64,000 nt of DNA from Dictyostelium discoideum (lineage: Eukaryota). The notes beneath the pieces are model-generated. The model worked only from the letters and a program-made list of their open reading frames with translations, made no database searches and had not been told where the DNA came from. Position numbers and translations under genes: made by a program. Positions 25,916 through 40,051 of the stretch are shown here, piece after piece; positions within the stretch are counted from its first letter, which is position 1, and every line of letters starts with the position of its first letter. The DNA is taken from assembly GCA_000004695.1 (NCBI GenBank), contig CM000153.2, positions 3,360,001 through 3,424,000 of the forward strand. The letters are read 5' to 3'.

Positions 25916-26767
25916 TTAAGGACATACTACAGTTGATTTACCATTAACAGTTGTAAATTTTAAACCACTTTTATAAATAAAAGAGGTTTTTGCACCATTA
26001 TTGTTTTGTTGTCTTGCTTTAACTATTGCTAAAACACCTTCGTCACCAATATGATTACTTGATAAATTTAATTTTACATTTCTTTTTGTTGTTTTTAAAA
26101 TATCAGCCATTGACATAGCACCTTGATTTCCAATTTCATTATTTGATAAATTAATGGTTTCAATGGATTTATTAACTTTTAACATATTTGCAATGGCAAG
26201 GGCACCTTGTGGACCAATTTTATTATTATTGAAATCCAATTCAATAATTGATTTATTCTTTTCTAAACCTCTACATAGTTGAATGATAGAGTCATTATCC
26301 AAATAGCAATATTCAAAATTCATTGATAAAATGGTTGAATTGGTTTCCAAGGACATTGATATTAGTGATGCCCTTTTCTTATCGATTTCAATATTTGAAA
26401 AGTCTAATGTTGTTAGGGTTGTACTATTTTCAATGATTTGTTGAATTGATAGGAATGCTTGATCCAATACACTTTGTTTATAAGGTATCAATAAATTCTC
26501 TAACCTTTCCGGTACCATTTTAATACTATTAATAGAATGAAAATTATAATATCTCCAAAGTTTACATACTAATGATAATTGATAAAAAGATTGTGATGGT
26601 AATTCATTTGGTTTATCATTTTCATTTACCATTGAAAATATTTTTAATAATACAGTTCCTGGTAAAAAATTAATTTCATAAATTTGTTTAAAATCTCCTA
26701 AAATAATTTTATTATTATCTTTATTATTTTTATTATCATTATTTTCAATAGATTGTTTATTTCCCAT
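25916..26767 (-). CDS. Leucine-rich-repeat (ribonuclease-inhibitor-type) protein with N-terminal MGNKQS myristoylation motif, possible F-box-like segment
   Basis: Repeats of the form NNNKIGPQGALAIANML... / NNEIGNQGAMSMADIL... / SNHIGDEGVLAIV. Confidence 0.65.
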   Translation of the reverse strand: MGNKQSIENNDNKNNKDNNKIILGDFKQIYEINFLPGTVLLKIFSMVNENDKPNELPSQSFYQLSLVCKLWRYYNFHSINSIKMVPERLENLLIPYKQSVLDQAFLSIQQIIENSTTLTTLDFSNIEIDKKRASLISMSLETNSTILSMNFEYCYLDNDSIIQLCRGLEKNKSIIELDFNNNKIGPQGALAIANMLKVNKSIETINLSNNEIGNQGAMSMADILKTTKRNVKLNLSSNHIGDEGVLAIVKARQQNNNGAKTSFIYKSGLKFTTVNGKSTVVCP

Positions 26768-28025
26768 TCTTTTGAAAGTAATAGATTAATTGTAAATTAA
26801 CCCAATTTAATTTTATTATTACTAATTGTATTTTTTATTTTTAATTATTAATTATTTTTTATTTTTTTTATTTTTTTTATTTTTTTTATTTTTTTTTTAT
26901 ACAATTTTTTTTTTTAAAGTGATAAATAAATGTAATATTGGTAATTAAAAATATTATTATATTATTATTATATTTATTATTATTATTTTTTTTAATTGTT
27001 TGGAAAAAACAAAATCAATTATTGATGGTTTATTTTTTTTTTTATAAAATTATTTATTTAATTATTGTGTTATTAATATAACAATTGTTTAAAAATATAA
27101 GTATCTTTTTTTGTAGTTTTTTGAATCGAATATTTTTTTTTTTTTTATAACCCAATTGAATTGGATAAATGTAATTTAATTATTATTTTTTTTTTTTTAT
27201 TTTTTAATTTTTTTTATAATTTTTTTTTTTTTTATTATTTATTATTTAATTTTTTATTGCATTTTTTAAATGATTTATACAGCTTTATTGCACTGAGAAA
27301 GATAACATAATATATACATTTTAGCACACATTCACACAAACACACAAACACACAAACACACAAACTCAAATTCAAATGTCTCAGTAAAAAAAAAAAAAAA
27401 AAAAAAAAAAATTGGATTGAATAATCATTAAATATTGTTATCATTTTTTATTTATTGAGTTTTTAAGTATGCAAGGGTGATAATGATAGATATATTATAC
27501 AAATTAAATCATTTAATTAAATTTGTAAAAAAAAAAAAAACCAAAACAGGTTTATTAAATTTTTTATTAATTTTATTTTATTTATTTGGTGGTAATATTA
27601 CTGTTTCAATAAATTTTATATTATTTTTTTATTTTATTTAATTTTTTTCAAAAAATAAAGCACCTATCTCATTCCACACACACTAACCCCGATTTTTTAA
27701 TTTTTATTTTTATTAAATTTTTTTTTATTTTTTTTTTTTATTTGTCATTAATTTTTTTTTTATTTTATTTGAAGAGACAAGATGCGAGAAATAATTTGAT
27801 AAAAATCTGATTTTTTTTTTTAAATAACGATTTCATGACAAAAAAAAAGGTTATTATTTATAGATGGCTTGAAAAATTAATAATAAAAAAAATTAAATAA
27901 ATGCAAACATTTATTCCTATTTAAAAGGTTTTTTTTTTTTAATAATTAAAAATAAAATATTTAAACAAATAAATAAAAAATAAAAAATATAAATAGTTAT
28001 TAAATAAAATAAAATAAATAAAAAA

Positions 28026-28740
28026 ATGAATTCAATTGAAAATAATAATAAAATTTGGTTAATCACCGGAACATCAAGTGGTATAGGTTTAGAATTTGTA
28101 AAGAAATTATTTGAAATATGGTTATAAATTATCAGCATTAACTAGTAAACCAGAAGAGATTATAAAAGAGATTAAATTTGAAAAAGATAATTTATTAATT
28201 GTTAAAACTGATATTACAAACAATGAATTAGTAAAGAATGCAGTGACTAATAAACAATTTGGTAGAATTGATGTATTGGTTAATAATGCTGGTTATGGTT
28301 TAGTTGGTGCAATTGAAGAATTATCAGATTCAGAGGTTAGAAAGATATACGATGTAAATGTATTTGGCGTTTTAAATTTATTAAGAAATTCAACACCATA
28401 TTTTAGAAAACAAAAATCAGGTTTAATAATTAACATTTCCTCTCAAATGGGTTGGGATAGTATGCGAAATTATTCAGCCTACAGTTCAACTAAACATGCA
28501 GTTAATGCAATTACATTATCAGCACAAAAAGAGTTTAAACCATTTGGTGTAAATGTAATTTTGATATTTTTAATAAATATGCTTTCACCCGTTTCGCTCA
28601 AGAGTTTGATCTCTATTTTGGTCTTGCTTTATTCACTGGTTTAACTGCTTTAGATACTCACAATGTAAACCAGATTTCATTAGAGTTCCAATTGATCTAT
28701 TTTTAGATATTTTAAATATCTCCGTTAGACTTTTAAGAGC
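28026..28740 (+). pseudogene. Chimeric pseudogene: short-chain dehydrogenase/reductase (SDR) 5' two-thirds with a +1 frameshift near 28110, fused at about 28580 to a copy of the last about 55 codons of the TMBIM gene (53814..54983)
   Basis: TGTSSGIGLEFVKKLFE Rossmann motif then a frame break. NNAGYG...S...YSSTKHAV SDR catalytic pattern. From about 28580 the sequence is the inverted duplicate of 53817-53990 with an internal deletion. Confidence 0.6.
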
Positions 28741-30370
28741 TGGAAGTTAGTAAACAAAAAAAAAAAAAAAAAAAAAATATAAAAAAAGATAAAAAAAAAA
28801 AAAAAAGAAAAAAAAAAAGAAATAAAAAATGTGGTATTAAAATTTGTAAATAAATAAATAAAGCTGTAATTAAATTTAATCAAATAAAAAATTTTATGGA
28901 AGAATTTTTTAGAAAACAAAAAAAAAAAAAAAAAAAAAAAAATTATTTGAAAATCTAGCAAACGATCGAACGTAAAAAATAATTGGATATTATTTTATGA
29001 AAATTAGAAATCTATTTTAAAAAGTTTAATTTAAATAATGTTTTGGATTGGTTTTATTAAAAAAATTATTTTTTATATGCAAAAGTTATTTTTTAATTTT
29101 TTTTTTTTTTTTTATCAAAATGATTATTTTAAAAAGTTTTGTTTTTTTTTTTTTCTTTTTTTAAAATTTAAAGAAATTATCATGTGATTATTTTAAAATC
29201 CAAACGAAATAAAAGAAATTTATTTTTTAAAAATATCTTTTTCACCAAAAAAAAAAAAAAAAAACCATCGTTTGTGTAAAAAAAAAAATACATTTCGATA
29301 AAATTCAAAATCAGAAAAAAAGTTACTTTTTTAACAAAAAATGACAGAAAAATATAAGGTAAACTTTTTTTATATTTTATTTTTATTTTATTTTTTAAAT
29401 TATAATTTCAATGTTGTAATTTTCCGACATCATTTTCTCAAATTAATTCAACAAATGGGTTTTTAATATCAGAAGGCAGAAGTTTAATTTCAATTGAACA
29501 TGGAGACTTGAATGGTGATGGTAATGATGATTTGATATATTCTATAAATTCAGAAGGACTATATGTATTTTATGGGCCATTGGCAAGTAATTTTGATTTT
29601 CAACATTAAATGGAGTAATGGTTTTTTAATTAATAATTTCAATCCATTTTCTGCTTATCTTTATGATATGAATAATGATGGGATTGGTGATATAATGATA
29701 AATAGGGGACATATAGCAATCGATATTATTTATGGTAGTAGAGGTCCTTTTACCTCACCATATATCCCAGTTTATGATGGTGTCAAAAGTACCAGTTTCA
29801 GCTTTTTAGGTTGCTCAATAGATACTAATACTCTTCCAAATGCTTTTGGAGATTTTAATAATGATGGACTTAATGATTTTGGTGTAATTTATTCTTTATT
29901 ATTTTTGATTATTCTTATTCTTTATTATTCTTTATTGTTATTATACTAATTTTTACATTTTATTAAAAAATTTTAGATTCTTACAAGACTGACTTCGGGT
30001 GACCAAATAGCTTTTTTGGTTTGGGGTAAAACAGAATATCCACCAACAACAACATTAAGTATAAATCTAAATCCATCGGATGGTTTGGTTATAACAGTTG
30101 TTGGCAACACCTATAACTGGGCTTTATCTCCTAGATTGGGGATATAAATAATGATGGATTTGCAGATTTTTTAATCAGTGGTAACACTGACCTCCCATTC
30201 ACCATTTTGTATGGTAATAATAAAAATTATGCTTCAAATCCAATTTATTTAAAAGATCAAGTTGGTGATTGTTCAATAATGTCAATTAATGGCTATGTTG
30301 AGGCTATTGATATTGGTGATTATAACTCTGATGGTATTCATGATATTGTAATTAATATTATATTAAATCA

Positions 30371-30446
<76 letters not shown>

Positions 30447-31885
30447 TTTAAATAATTCTATTCTATCAGACAGCATATATAATAGCAACAGGTTCATATT
30501 TAGATATTTATACACTATATGGTCAAACTTCAATTGGTTCAATTTCAATAATTGGTAAATTATTTCTACCAAATCCAGTGTCAAACACAATTTATAAATT
30601 ATTTGAAAATAATATTAATTCAGAAGTTGGACAATGCGCAATTAGAATTGTTACATTAACAATTGAAAATTCAGCAAATGAAGATCAATTTATTATTGAT
30701 CCTAGTTTCAATAGTTCAATATATTCAATAGCATTTAATAATAATACAAGAGTTAGAATTGAGTTAATATTATTTGGTGATGAGAGTAAATCAATTGCAA
30801 ATGATGTTTTACCAAAAATAACAGTTTCATTATCACCTCAACTATTTAATAGAACTGTATTAATGAAATATGGTAATCAAGTACAATCAATTAATGCCCA
30901 AATGCAAATTGTGACACAAAATGTTTAAATAGTGGTACTTGTAATCCACTCACTGGTTGCCAATGTATAAATGATCATTATGGTGATTTTTGTGAATTAA
31001 AAGATTGTACAGTTCCACAATGTTTAAATGGTGGTTCATATAATACAACAGTTGATGAATGTTCATGTCCTCAAGGTTATGAAGGTACGGATTGCAGTGG
31101 TATTAGTTGTTCAGCTTCATGTTTAAATGGTGGCTCATGTAATACTACGGTTGGTGAATGTTCATGTCCTCAAGGTTATGAAGGTATGGATTGCAGTGGT
31201 ATTAGTTGTCCAGTTTCATGTTTAAATGGTGGTTCATGTAATACTATGGTTGGTGACTGTTCATGTATAAATGGCTTTTATGGTGATGATTGTGATACAA
31301 AGGATTGTACAGTTCCACAATGTTTAAATGGTGGTTCATGTAATACAACAGTTGGCGAATGTTCATGCACTCAAGGTTATGAAGGTATAGATTGTAGTGG
31401 TATTAGTTGTTCAGTTTCATGTTTAAATGGTGGTTTATGTAATACTACAGTTGGTCAATGTCAATGTGTTGAAGATTATGAAGGCGATGGTTGTGGTTCT
31501 GAAAACAAAAAGAAAATAAATATTGGTGTTATTATTGGTCGAATTTTAGATGGTCTTGCACTAATTGCAATTATTGTTGTTGCCATTGTTTTAATTAAAA
31601 AGAAGAAGAATGGAAATTCAAAGAAAAATACAAATAACATTGAATTAAGACCTCAAAGTTCCACTGTTGATATTCAAATGGGTGGTAGAATTAAAAATCT
31701 TGATAAATTTTAAATTTAAAAAGAGATTATTTTAAATCAATTATGTTGTATTATTATTATTTTTTAACAAAAAAAATAAAAAAAAAAAAAAAAAATTTTG
31801 ATCAAAATGATTATAATAAAAAAAAATACAAACCGCAGGGGTTATTTTTAAAAATAATTTGAAACAATTCAGTGATTTCAAAATA
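28560..31885. repeat. Left arm of a large inverted segmental duplication (partner 49765..54005)
   Basis: Reverse-complement identity of TMBIM 3' end plus flank, whole FG-GAP/EGF gene and about 170 bp of its 3' flank. The left arm carries deletions and frameshifts. Confidence 0.8.
29340..31713 (+). pseudogene. Degenerate copy of the FG-GAP/EGF-repeat membrane protein gene (intact copy 49926..53089)
   Basis: Same exon order and sequences. Missing about two FG-GAP repeats. Frameshift near 30130. Mutated donor near 30350. Truncated EGF array. Broken into four short ORFs. Confidence 0.7.
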
Positions 31886-32106
31886 AATAAAAATAATTAG
31901 CATCATTATCATCATTAAGCACTAGTTCTTTGAAATAAAGTGTTTCTTCAATTGAAACTGGTAGTTCAAGTGGTTCATTTGGTTCAAATGAAACATCGGG
32001 ATGGGGTTACCATCATTGAATAGTTGTCATCCATGTCCACCACCACGTCCAATTTGTCGTCCATGTCCACCACCACCATGTCGTCCAGTACCAAGATGTC
32101 ATCATT
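31881..32106 (+). pseudogene. HssA-like family copy 1 (second-exon fragment with in-frame stops), at the inner edge of the inverted repeat
   Basis: Homologous to 32571..32779 and 33569..33774 but with TAA/TGA in frame and no recognisable first exon. Confidence 0.4.
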
Positions 32107-32570
32107 AAAGTTTAAAATTAATAAATAGATCTTTAATATGTTTGGAATTTAAATAAATAATTTTTCTTTTTAAAAAATATATTCAAACACATTGAATTTG
32201 ATTTTAGAAAATTTACTACCAATAAAACTAATGATAATAAAATTCTTTTATTAACAAAATTTATTATTAAACAGAAATATAGAATGTATTAGTGATGCTC
32301 AAAAAACTGATGATTTAAAATATGTTAGAGAATGGGTTTATTCCTTTGTGAATCAATGTCCAATACATAATCCAACAGTTTTTTTTTTTTTTTTTTTTTT
32401 TTTAATCCTAGTCCTAATTTGGGATGTGCCATTGTGACCACTAAATCCATTTTCAATTTATTTCAACAAAGTTTGCAGGGTAAATTAAAAAATATAATAT
32501 TTAAAAAAAATAAAATTGCATAGGAAATTTATTTTTAATGAAATTTTTTTATTTTTATTAAAAATCTATT

Positions 32571-32862
32571 TTAATATTTATAATGGCATCTTGGTTCTGG
32601 ACGGCATGGTGGACATGGACGACAAATTGGACGTGGTGGTGGACATGGATGACAACTATTCCAATGGTGGTAACCCCATCCCGATGTTTCATTTGAACCA
32701 AATGAACCACTTGAACTACCAGTTTCAATTGATGAAACACTTGATTTCAAAGAACCAGTGCTTAATGATGATAATGATGCTAATTTTTATAAATTATTTA
32801 TTAATAAAAAAATAAATTTAAATTTTTTTTTTTTAGGAAAAAAACTTACAAAATAGGGTCAT
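32571..32862 (-). CDS. HssA/2C/7E-like small Cys/Pro-rich protein (73 aa), exons 32862..32850 and 32779..32571
   Basis: 13-nt first exon ATGACCCTATTTT plus GTAAGT. Product [73 protein letters not shown]. Confidence 0.6.
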
Positions 32863-33186
32863 TTTAAAATTTTAATAGTTTCTTGTTTAAAAATTAGAGT
32901 TTGATTTAATATTTTTTTTTTCTAATTTGGTTACAATTTATAGTTTTTTTTTTCTGAAAAAAAGAATAAAAAAACAAATAATTTTTTAATTTTATTTTTA
33001 AAATCATACTTTTTGTTTTTTCATTTCTATTTTTTTTTATATCAAAAAACTTAAACTCCCCCCCATTATATTTTTCTATTTGACTTGTTATATTATTTAT
33101 TCATAAATGATTACTTGTTATATTAATTATTATTATAAATGGGGCCTTTGGATTTTGAAATATCAAGAATTCTTAAAATAAAAAAG

Positions 33187-33229
<43 letters not shown>

Positions 33230-33303
33230 ATTCATAAAATTAAAAAACTATAAAAACAAAAAATCAATTTTTAAAATATTAATTATAAATCAAAAAAAAA
33301 AGC

Positions 33304-33774
33304 ATGAGTATTTTCAGTAAGTATAATTTTTTTAGAAATATTGTAAAACTCAGTAAAATTTGTCATAAATATTTTTAAAAATAATAATAAATAATTAATT
33401 ATAATTATTCCTACAAAATAAATGTTTTAATAATTAAACCACTTTGTTGATCCCCCTAACATGGTGAATTTCTTAATTTCGAAATTTTTGCTCAAATTTT
33501 CCTGTATTTTACAATATTTAAATAAATAAAATAAACTAAATTTAAACCCTTTTTTTAAATAAATATAGGTTCATTATCATCATTATCCACTGGTTCTTTG
33601 AAATCAAGTGTTTCTTCAATTGAAAACGGTAGCTCAAGTGGTTCATTTGGTTCAAATGAAACATCTGGATGGGGTCAACACCACTGGAATAGTTGTCATC
33701 CATGTCCACCACCACGTCCAATTTGTCGTCCATGTCCACCATGCCGTCCTGAACCAAGATGTCATCGTTATTAA
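33304..33774 (+). CDS. HssA/2C/7E-like small Cys/Pro-rich protein, exons 33304..33316 and 33569..33774
   Basis: 13-nt first exon ATGAGTATTTTCA plus GTAAGT, about 250-nt intron. Product [18 protein letters not shown]...[26 protein letters not shown]. Confidence 0.55.
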
Positions 33775-33940
33775 ATTTAATAAAGTTTTAAAAATAAATT
33801 TAACCTTTAAAAAAAAAAAGGTATTTTTAGAAAATTGGAAAAGTAGTATTAAAAATTTTTATTGTGTTTGTTAGAGAAAAAAAAATAGTATAAAATACTA
33901 ATAACCAAACAAAAAACAAATGTTTTTAAATATATTTAAA

Positions 33941-34706
33941 TTATTTTGAATTAAAGTCATAGTAAGAAACTTCACCATCAGAAAAACCAGCTAACATTGT
34001 TTCATCATCTATTGATAAACATTCTACGGGTGATAAATTATTAATGGTAGTTAAAAGGTTTGGTTCATTACTACCCTCTAAATTCCATAAACAAATTGAA
34101 TCTTCATCCCTTGTACACATACGTAAATTATTATAGATACTTATTGCTTTAACCTTTGAGGAATGAGATTTTATATTGTGGATGGCAGAACTTGGATTTC
34201 TGATATCCCACATTCTAATGGTCTTATCGCTTGAACCTGTAATCAATTGATAATCATTTAAAAAGTTGAGACAATTAACTGAACCTTTGTGACCATTGAG
34301 AACCAATTCAGTTTTATTTGAGTCTATATCCCATAGCTTAACAGTTTTATAAGTACATGCAATCATACAAAAGTTTTCAAACCTTCCAATTAAAATGATT
34401 AATTTTGGTGTTTTCAATTTCTATCATTTGCAATTCCTGTTCAGTTTCGCTATCATATAGCTTTACGGTATTACTTTCATAAGAGTAAATATCTCTTTTC
34501 ATGAAAATGAAACCATTAGAAACGTAGAGAAAACGTTGTTCTTTTTCAATTTCTTTGTAGCGATATTGTAATGTTGAATTGCACGATTTGAACAACCCAA
34601 TCTAATGATACCATGCATAAATAAACAATATGAGAATATCTGTTGAAAGTTTAGTAAAATTATCCGTTTCAAATGAAATAACTGAACTTGCACCACATCT
34701 AGTTTA
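33941..34706 (-). pseudogene. Truncated/frameshifted WD40-repeat gene fragment
   Basis: C-terminal WD repeats (GHKGSVNCL...ITGSSDKTIRMWDI...) are intact in one frame. The upstream part is spread over three frames and ends abruptly at a poly(G) tract. Confidence 0.5.
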
Positions 34707-34722
34707 TGGGGGGGGGGGGGGG
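34705..34722. repeat. G18 homopolymer at the junction of the WD40 fragment and a 60-bp repeated element
   Basis: The same 60-bp element at 33135..33200 has only GGGG. Very atypical for this AT-rich genome. Confidence 0.7.
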
Positions 34723-34847
34723 GGGCCTTTGGATTTTGAATTATCAAGAATTCTTAAAATAAAAAAGTCTTAAAAAAAAAAAAAAAAAAATAAAAAAAAA
34801 ATTTAAATAAATAAATAAAAAAAAAAATTAAAATGAATTCAATTGAA

Positions 34848-35356
34848 AATAAAAATAATAAAATTTGGTTAACCACTGGAACATCAGGTGGTAGAAATCA
34901 AAAATCAGGTTTAATAATTAACATTTCCTCCCAAATGGGTTGGGATAATACGCAAAATTTTTCAGCCTACAGTTCAACATAACACGTAGTTAATGCAATT
35001 ACATTATCAGCACAAAAAGAGTTAAACCATTTGGTGTAAATGTAATTTTAGTTAGTCCAGGTTGATTTAAAACTAGTTTCGTAGCTGGTCAACAATCAAA
35101 CTTTCAAGTACCTTCTAAATTAATTGATGAATATTCAACTCAATCATTCATTGATATGTTTAATAAATATTCAACATATTCAAAAGGTCATCCTGAAAAA
35201 GCAGCTGAACTCTTAATTAAATTACCAACAATCGAACAATTACCAAATAATTTATTCATTGGTTCTGGTTCATTATCAGCTGGTAAACAACAATTACAAT
35301 CACATTTATTAGAACCTGAAAAATGGTCTGAAATTTCAATTTCAGCTGGTTATTAA
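34848..35356 (+). pseudogene. Second partial SDR copy (internal deletion, stop and frameshifts; only the last 66 codons, 35156..35356, are open)
   Basis: MNSIENKNNKIWLTTGTSGG then deletion to ...SGLIINISSQMGWDN. Stop in STKHAVNA region. The 3' part carries the C-terminus missing from the copy at 28026. Confidence 0.6.
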
Positions 35357-35493
35357 AAATAAAAATCAAATAAAAATAAATAAACTTTTTTTTTTATTTT
35401 TTTATTTTTTTTTTGTAAATAAATAAAAAATAAAATAATAAATTTGGGAAATTCAAAATTTCGTTCGTTTTTCTTTTTCTATTTTTATTATTT

Positions 35494-35531
<38 letters not shown>

Positions 35532-35636
35532 TAATTTTAAAACGCACAACTGAGCGATTAAATTTTTTTTTTTTTTTTTTTTTTTTTTCCCAAACGCTAA
35601 CTGAAAACATTAGCACTAAATAATAATAAAAAGATT

Positions 35637-36818
35637 ATGTATGAGACAGAAGAAGACCCAACTACATCAAATGTAGCAACAACAAATAATGAAAAAACAG
35701 CATCAACAGCAGCAACAACAACAGAACCAGTTAAAAAAGTAACAGAATTTATGAGAGTTCAAAGATTATTTAGACAAGTTACAAAATCAGCAAATGGAAA
35801 GAATATACCTAAAGAAAAAAGAGAACCAATTGATTATTCACCAGTTTTAGATTTTCATAATTTAGAGAATAATACAGAAGAGAATAAAAAGTTAATAATT
35901 GATTGTACATCAAATGTAACGACCCATGATTTTGAATTCAATAGGGATACAGAGTTTTATTTACATCCAAGAGAATGGAAAGTTTATGGGTTACAAGGTT
36001 ATCCAGGATTTTATTTCATTAAATCACCATTTACAGCATCACAACAAAAGAAATGGATTAAACATGCATTAGAAGATTATGCAGATCCACCAAATAATAA
36101 CAATATCACCTTATTCCATGGTCCAATAAAGAATCTTTGGAAAAATGGTGAAAAAGAATTAATCAATGAAGAATTAAAGAGTCAAGGTAAACATGATGAT
36201 GATGAAATTGAACAACCAACAAGACCATTAGATAAAAATGGTGAACCATTACCAACCTATCGTCAACTTTTAGATAAATTAGCTTGGTCAACATTGGGTT
36301 ACCAATATCAATGGACACCAAGATTATATAGTGAGGAATTCTATGAGGAATTCCCTGACGATCTTCAAGAATTGGTTCAAAAGATTGCAATTGCAACTAA
36401 ATTCGATCCATATGTTGCAGAGGCCGCAACCGTTAATTTCTACTCTGAAGATTCAATTATGGGTGGTCATTTAGATGATGCCGAACAAGAAATGGAGAAA
36501 CCAATCATTTCAATTAGTTTCGGTAGTACTGCCGTATTTTTAATGGGTGCTGAAACTAGAGATATCGCTCCAGTTCCTCTATTCATTCGTAGTGGTGATA
36601 TAGTGATTATGGGTGGTAGATCAAGATATTGTTATCATGGTGTGGCTAAAATTGTTGAAAATTCTTTTGATCTTGGTTTAATCGATGAAAATGATGATCA
36701 AGATTTAAAATATAAAATTCAATGGTTAAAAGAAAAAAATAGAAGAGTTAATATAAATACAAGACAAGTTTTTAAAGTTCCAAAATTAGGTGGTAAATTA
36801 ATTAATAAAAATGAATAA
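35637..36818 (+). CDS. AlkB homolog 1 (ALKBH1)-like Fe(II)/2-oxoglutarate dioxygenase
   Basis: [67 protein letters not shown] and RVNINTRQV match the ALKBH1 signature blocks. Confidence 0.75.
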
Positions 36819-36933
36819 TAATTATTTAATAATTTTAAATTTATAATAAATTATTTTTGTATATTTATTATTTATATTTATTTGTTTAGAAAAAAAAAAA
36901 AAAAAAAAAAAATTTATAATTCTTTTTTATTAT

Positions 36934-38208
<1,275 letters not shown>

Positions 38209-38559
38209 TTTTTTTTATTTTATTATTTAATCAAAAATGAAAAAAGTTATTCGTTTTTTTTTTTTATGAATGAAAAAAAAAAACCTTTTTTTTTTTTTCA
38301 AATAAAATTTAATTTTAAATTTTTTTAAATTGTTATGCAATGGAAATTTTAAAAAAGTTATATATTTAATATGTATGGATTTAATTTTATTTTATTTTAT
38401 TTTTTTGGGAAAATTATTTTAAATCTAATTTCCAAAAAAATAATTAATTAAATATCACTAAAAAATGAGTTAGTTAAATAATTTTATTTATATAAAATTT
38501 TTTTATTTAATTTTTATTTATTATTTTTTTTTTATTTTTTTATTTTTTTTATTTTTAGT

Positions 38560-39972
38560 TTAATTTAATAATTTAATTGAACTTTCTCTAACTAATTGTA
38601 AGATTTCTTGTAATTCTTTTTTAGAGAAAATTGAATACCATCTGAATCTTTCATTTGCAATTTGATTGCATAATTGTGAACTCTTTTGAATTGAACCTAT
38701 ACCAACTAAAATTGTATATAATGATTTGAAAAGTGAAGGAATACATTTCTTTCTAATTAAAGTGACTTCATGACCACTTTGATCATCTTCACTGAATAGA
38801 CCAATTTGATTCTCCAAAGGACATAACCAACCAGTTTTAATGATAGAACGAATTGAAACGATAGCTTCTTTACCAAAGTTTATATTATTTTGATTCCATT
38901 GACCATAAACATCATCATATTCTTTCTTTCTTCTTTCAATATCTAATTTTTCAGCATATGATTCATTACCTCTTAATCTAAATGCAATTGATGAATTAAT
39001 TATTGAATTATTTATAATATTATTAAAACTATTATTATTATTATTTATATAATTATTATTATTATTTAAAGATTGTGGTAAATAATTTGAAATTTTTGGT
39101 TGATTTGAATAATTTTGTAACCAAAGATTAATACGAATATTTGCAGTTATATAATTTTCCCAATCTCTAAATTCTTTAATGATATTATTGGTATCGGATT
39201 CATTTAATGGACTTTGTTGTTTTGCAATCATTACAATATCTTTTGGTAATGATTTTAATAATTCACTTGCAGCACCATACTTATTCAAAGAGATGAAATC
39301 ACGAAGTAATAAATTCGATTGAAGTATTGCTTTAATTAATAATTGTTTTTCAAAGCATAACCATTGGATTGAATTAATTTTAACTAAATCATCTTGTGTT
39401 GTTATACTACTATCTTGATTAATAATTGTATTTGTTAAATTTGGTGTTGTGGTAGTGTTGGTGTTAGTAGTAGTTTCAGTTGTTGATGCTTTAGTAGTGG
39501 TAGTTGATTTATTCTTTGGTTGTTTATTTTTATTAATAGTTGTTGCAAATCCAGTGAATTCTAAATTTTCAAAAGAATTTGAAGTTGTATTAATTGAACC
39601 AGAAGTAATAGTTTTAACAACGGATTGAGCAATCTCTTGAGTATTTAAACCAAACTTTTCAGCCAATACTAATAATTGTTGTCTTTGATTTGGATCAATA
39701 ATATTAACTAAAAATCTAGAATAAACATCAACTTGTAATGATTCATTATTTAATAATGATGTATACAATGCAACCAATTCATATTGTTGACTATTAATTA
39801 AATGTTGAACATATTCATTGATAACTATATTCTCTGGACAATCTTCACTTGTTGATATTAATTCATATTGTTCTCTCTTTCTAAAAAATAAAATTAATAA
39901 TACTGCAAATCTATTAAATTCTGGTGTTTTATTTCTTTTTTTAAATAAAAAAAAAAAAAAAAAAAGAGTTAA

Positions 39973-40051
<79 letters not shown>

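Noticed and set aside
32516-33874. ORFs 32516..32815(+), 32558..32740(-), 33542..33757(-), 33608..33874(+) with H/V/D-rich peptides
   Set aside because: Antisense or alternate-frame readings of the HssA-like Cys/Pro-rich exons. The true genes are the spliced ones on the opposite frame or strand.
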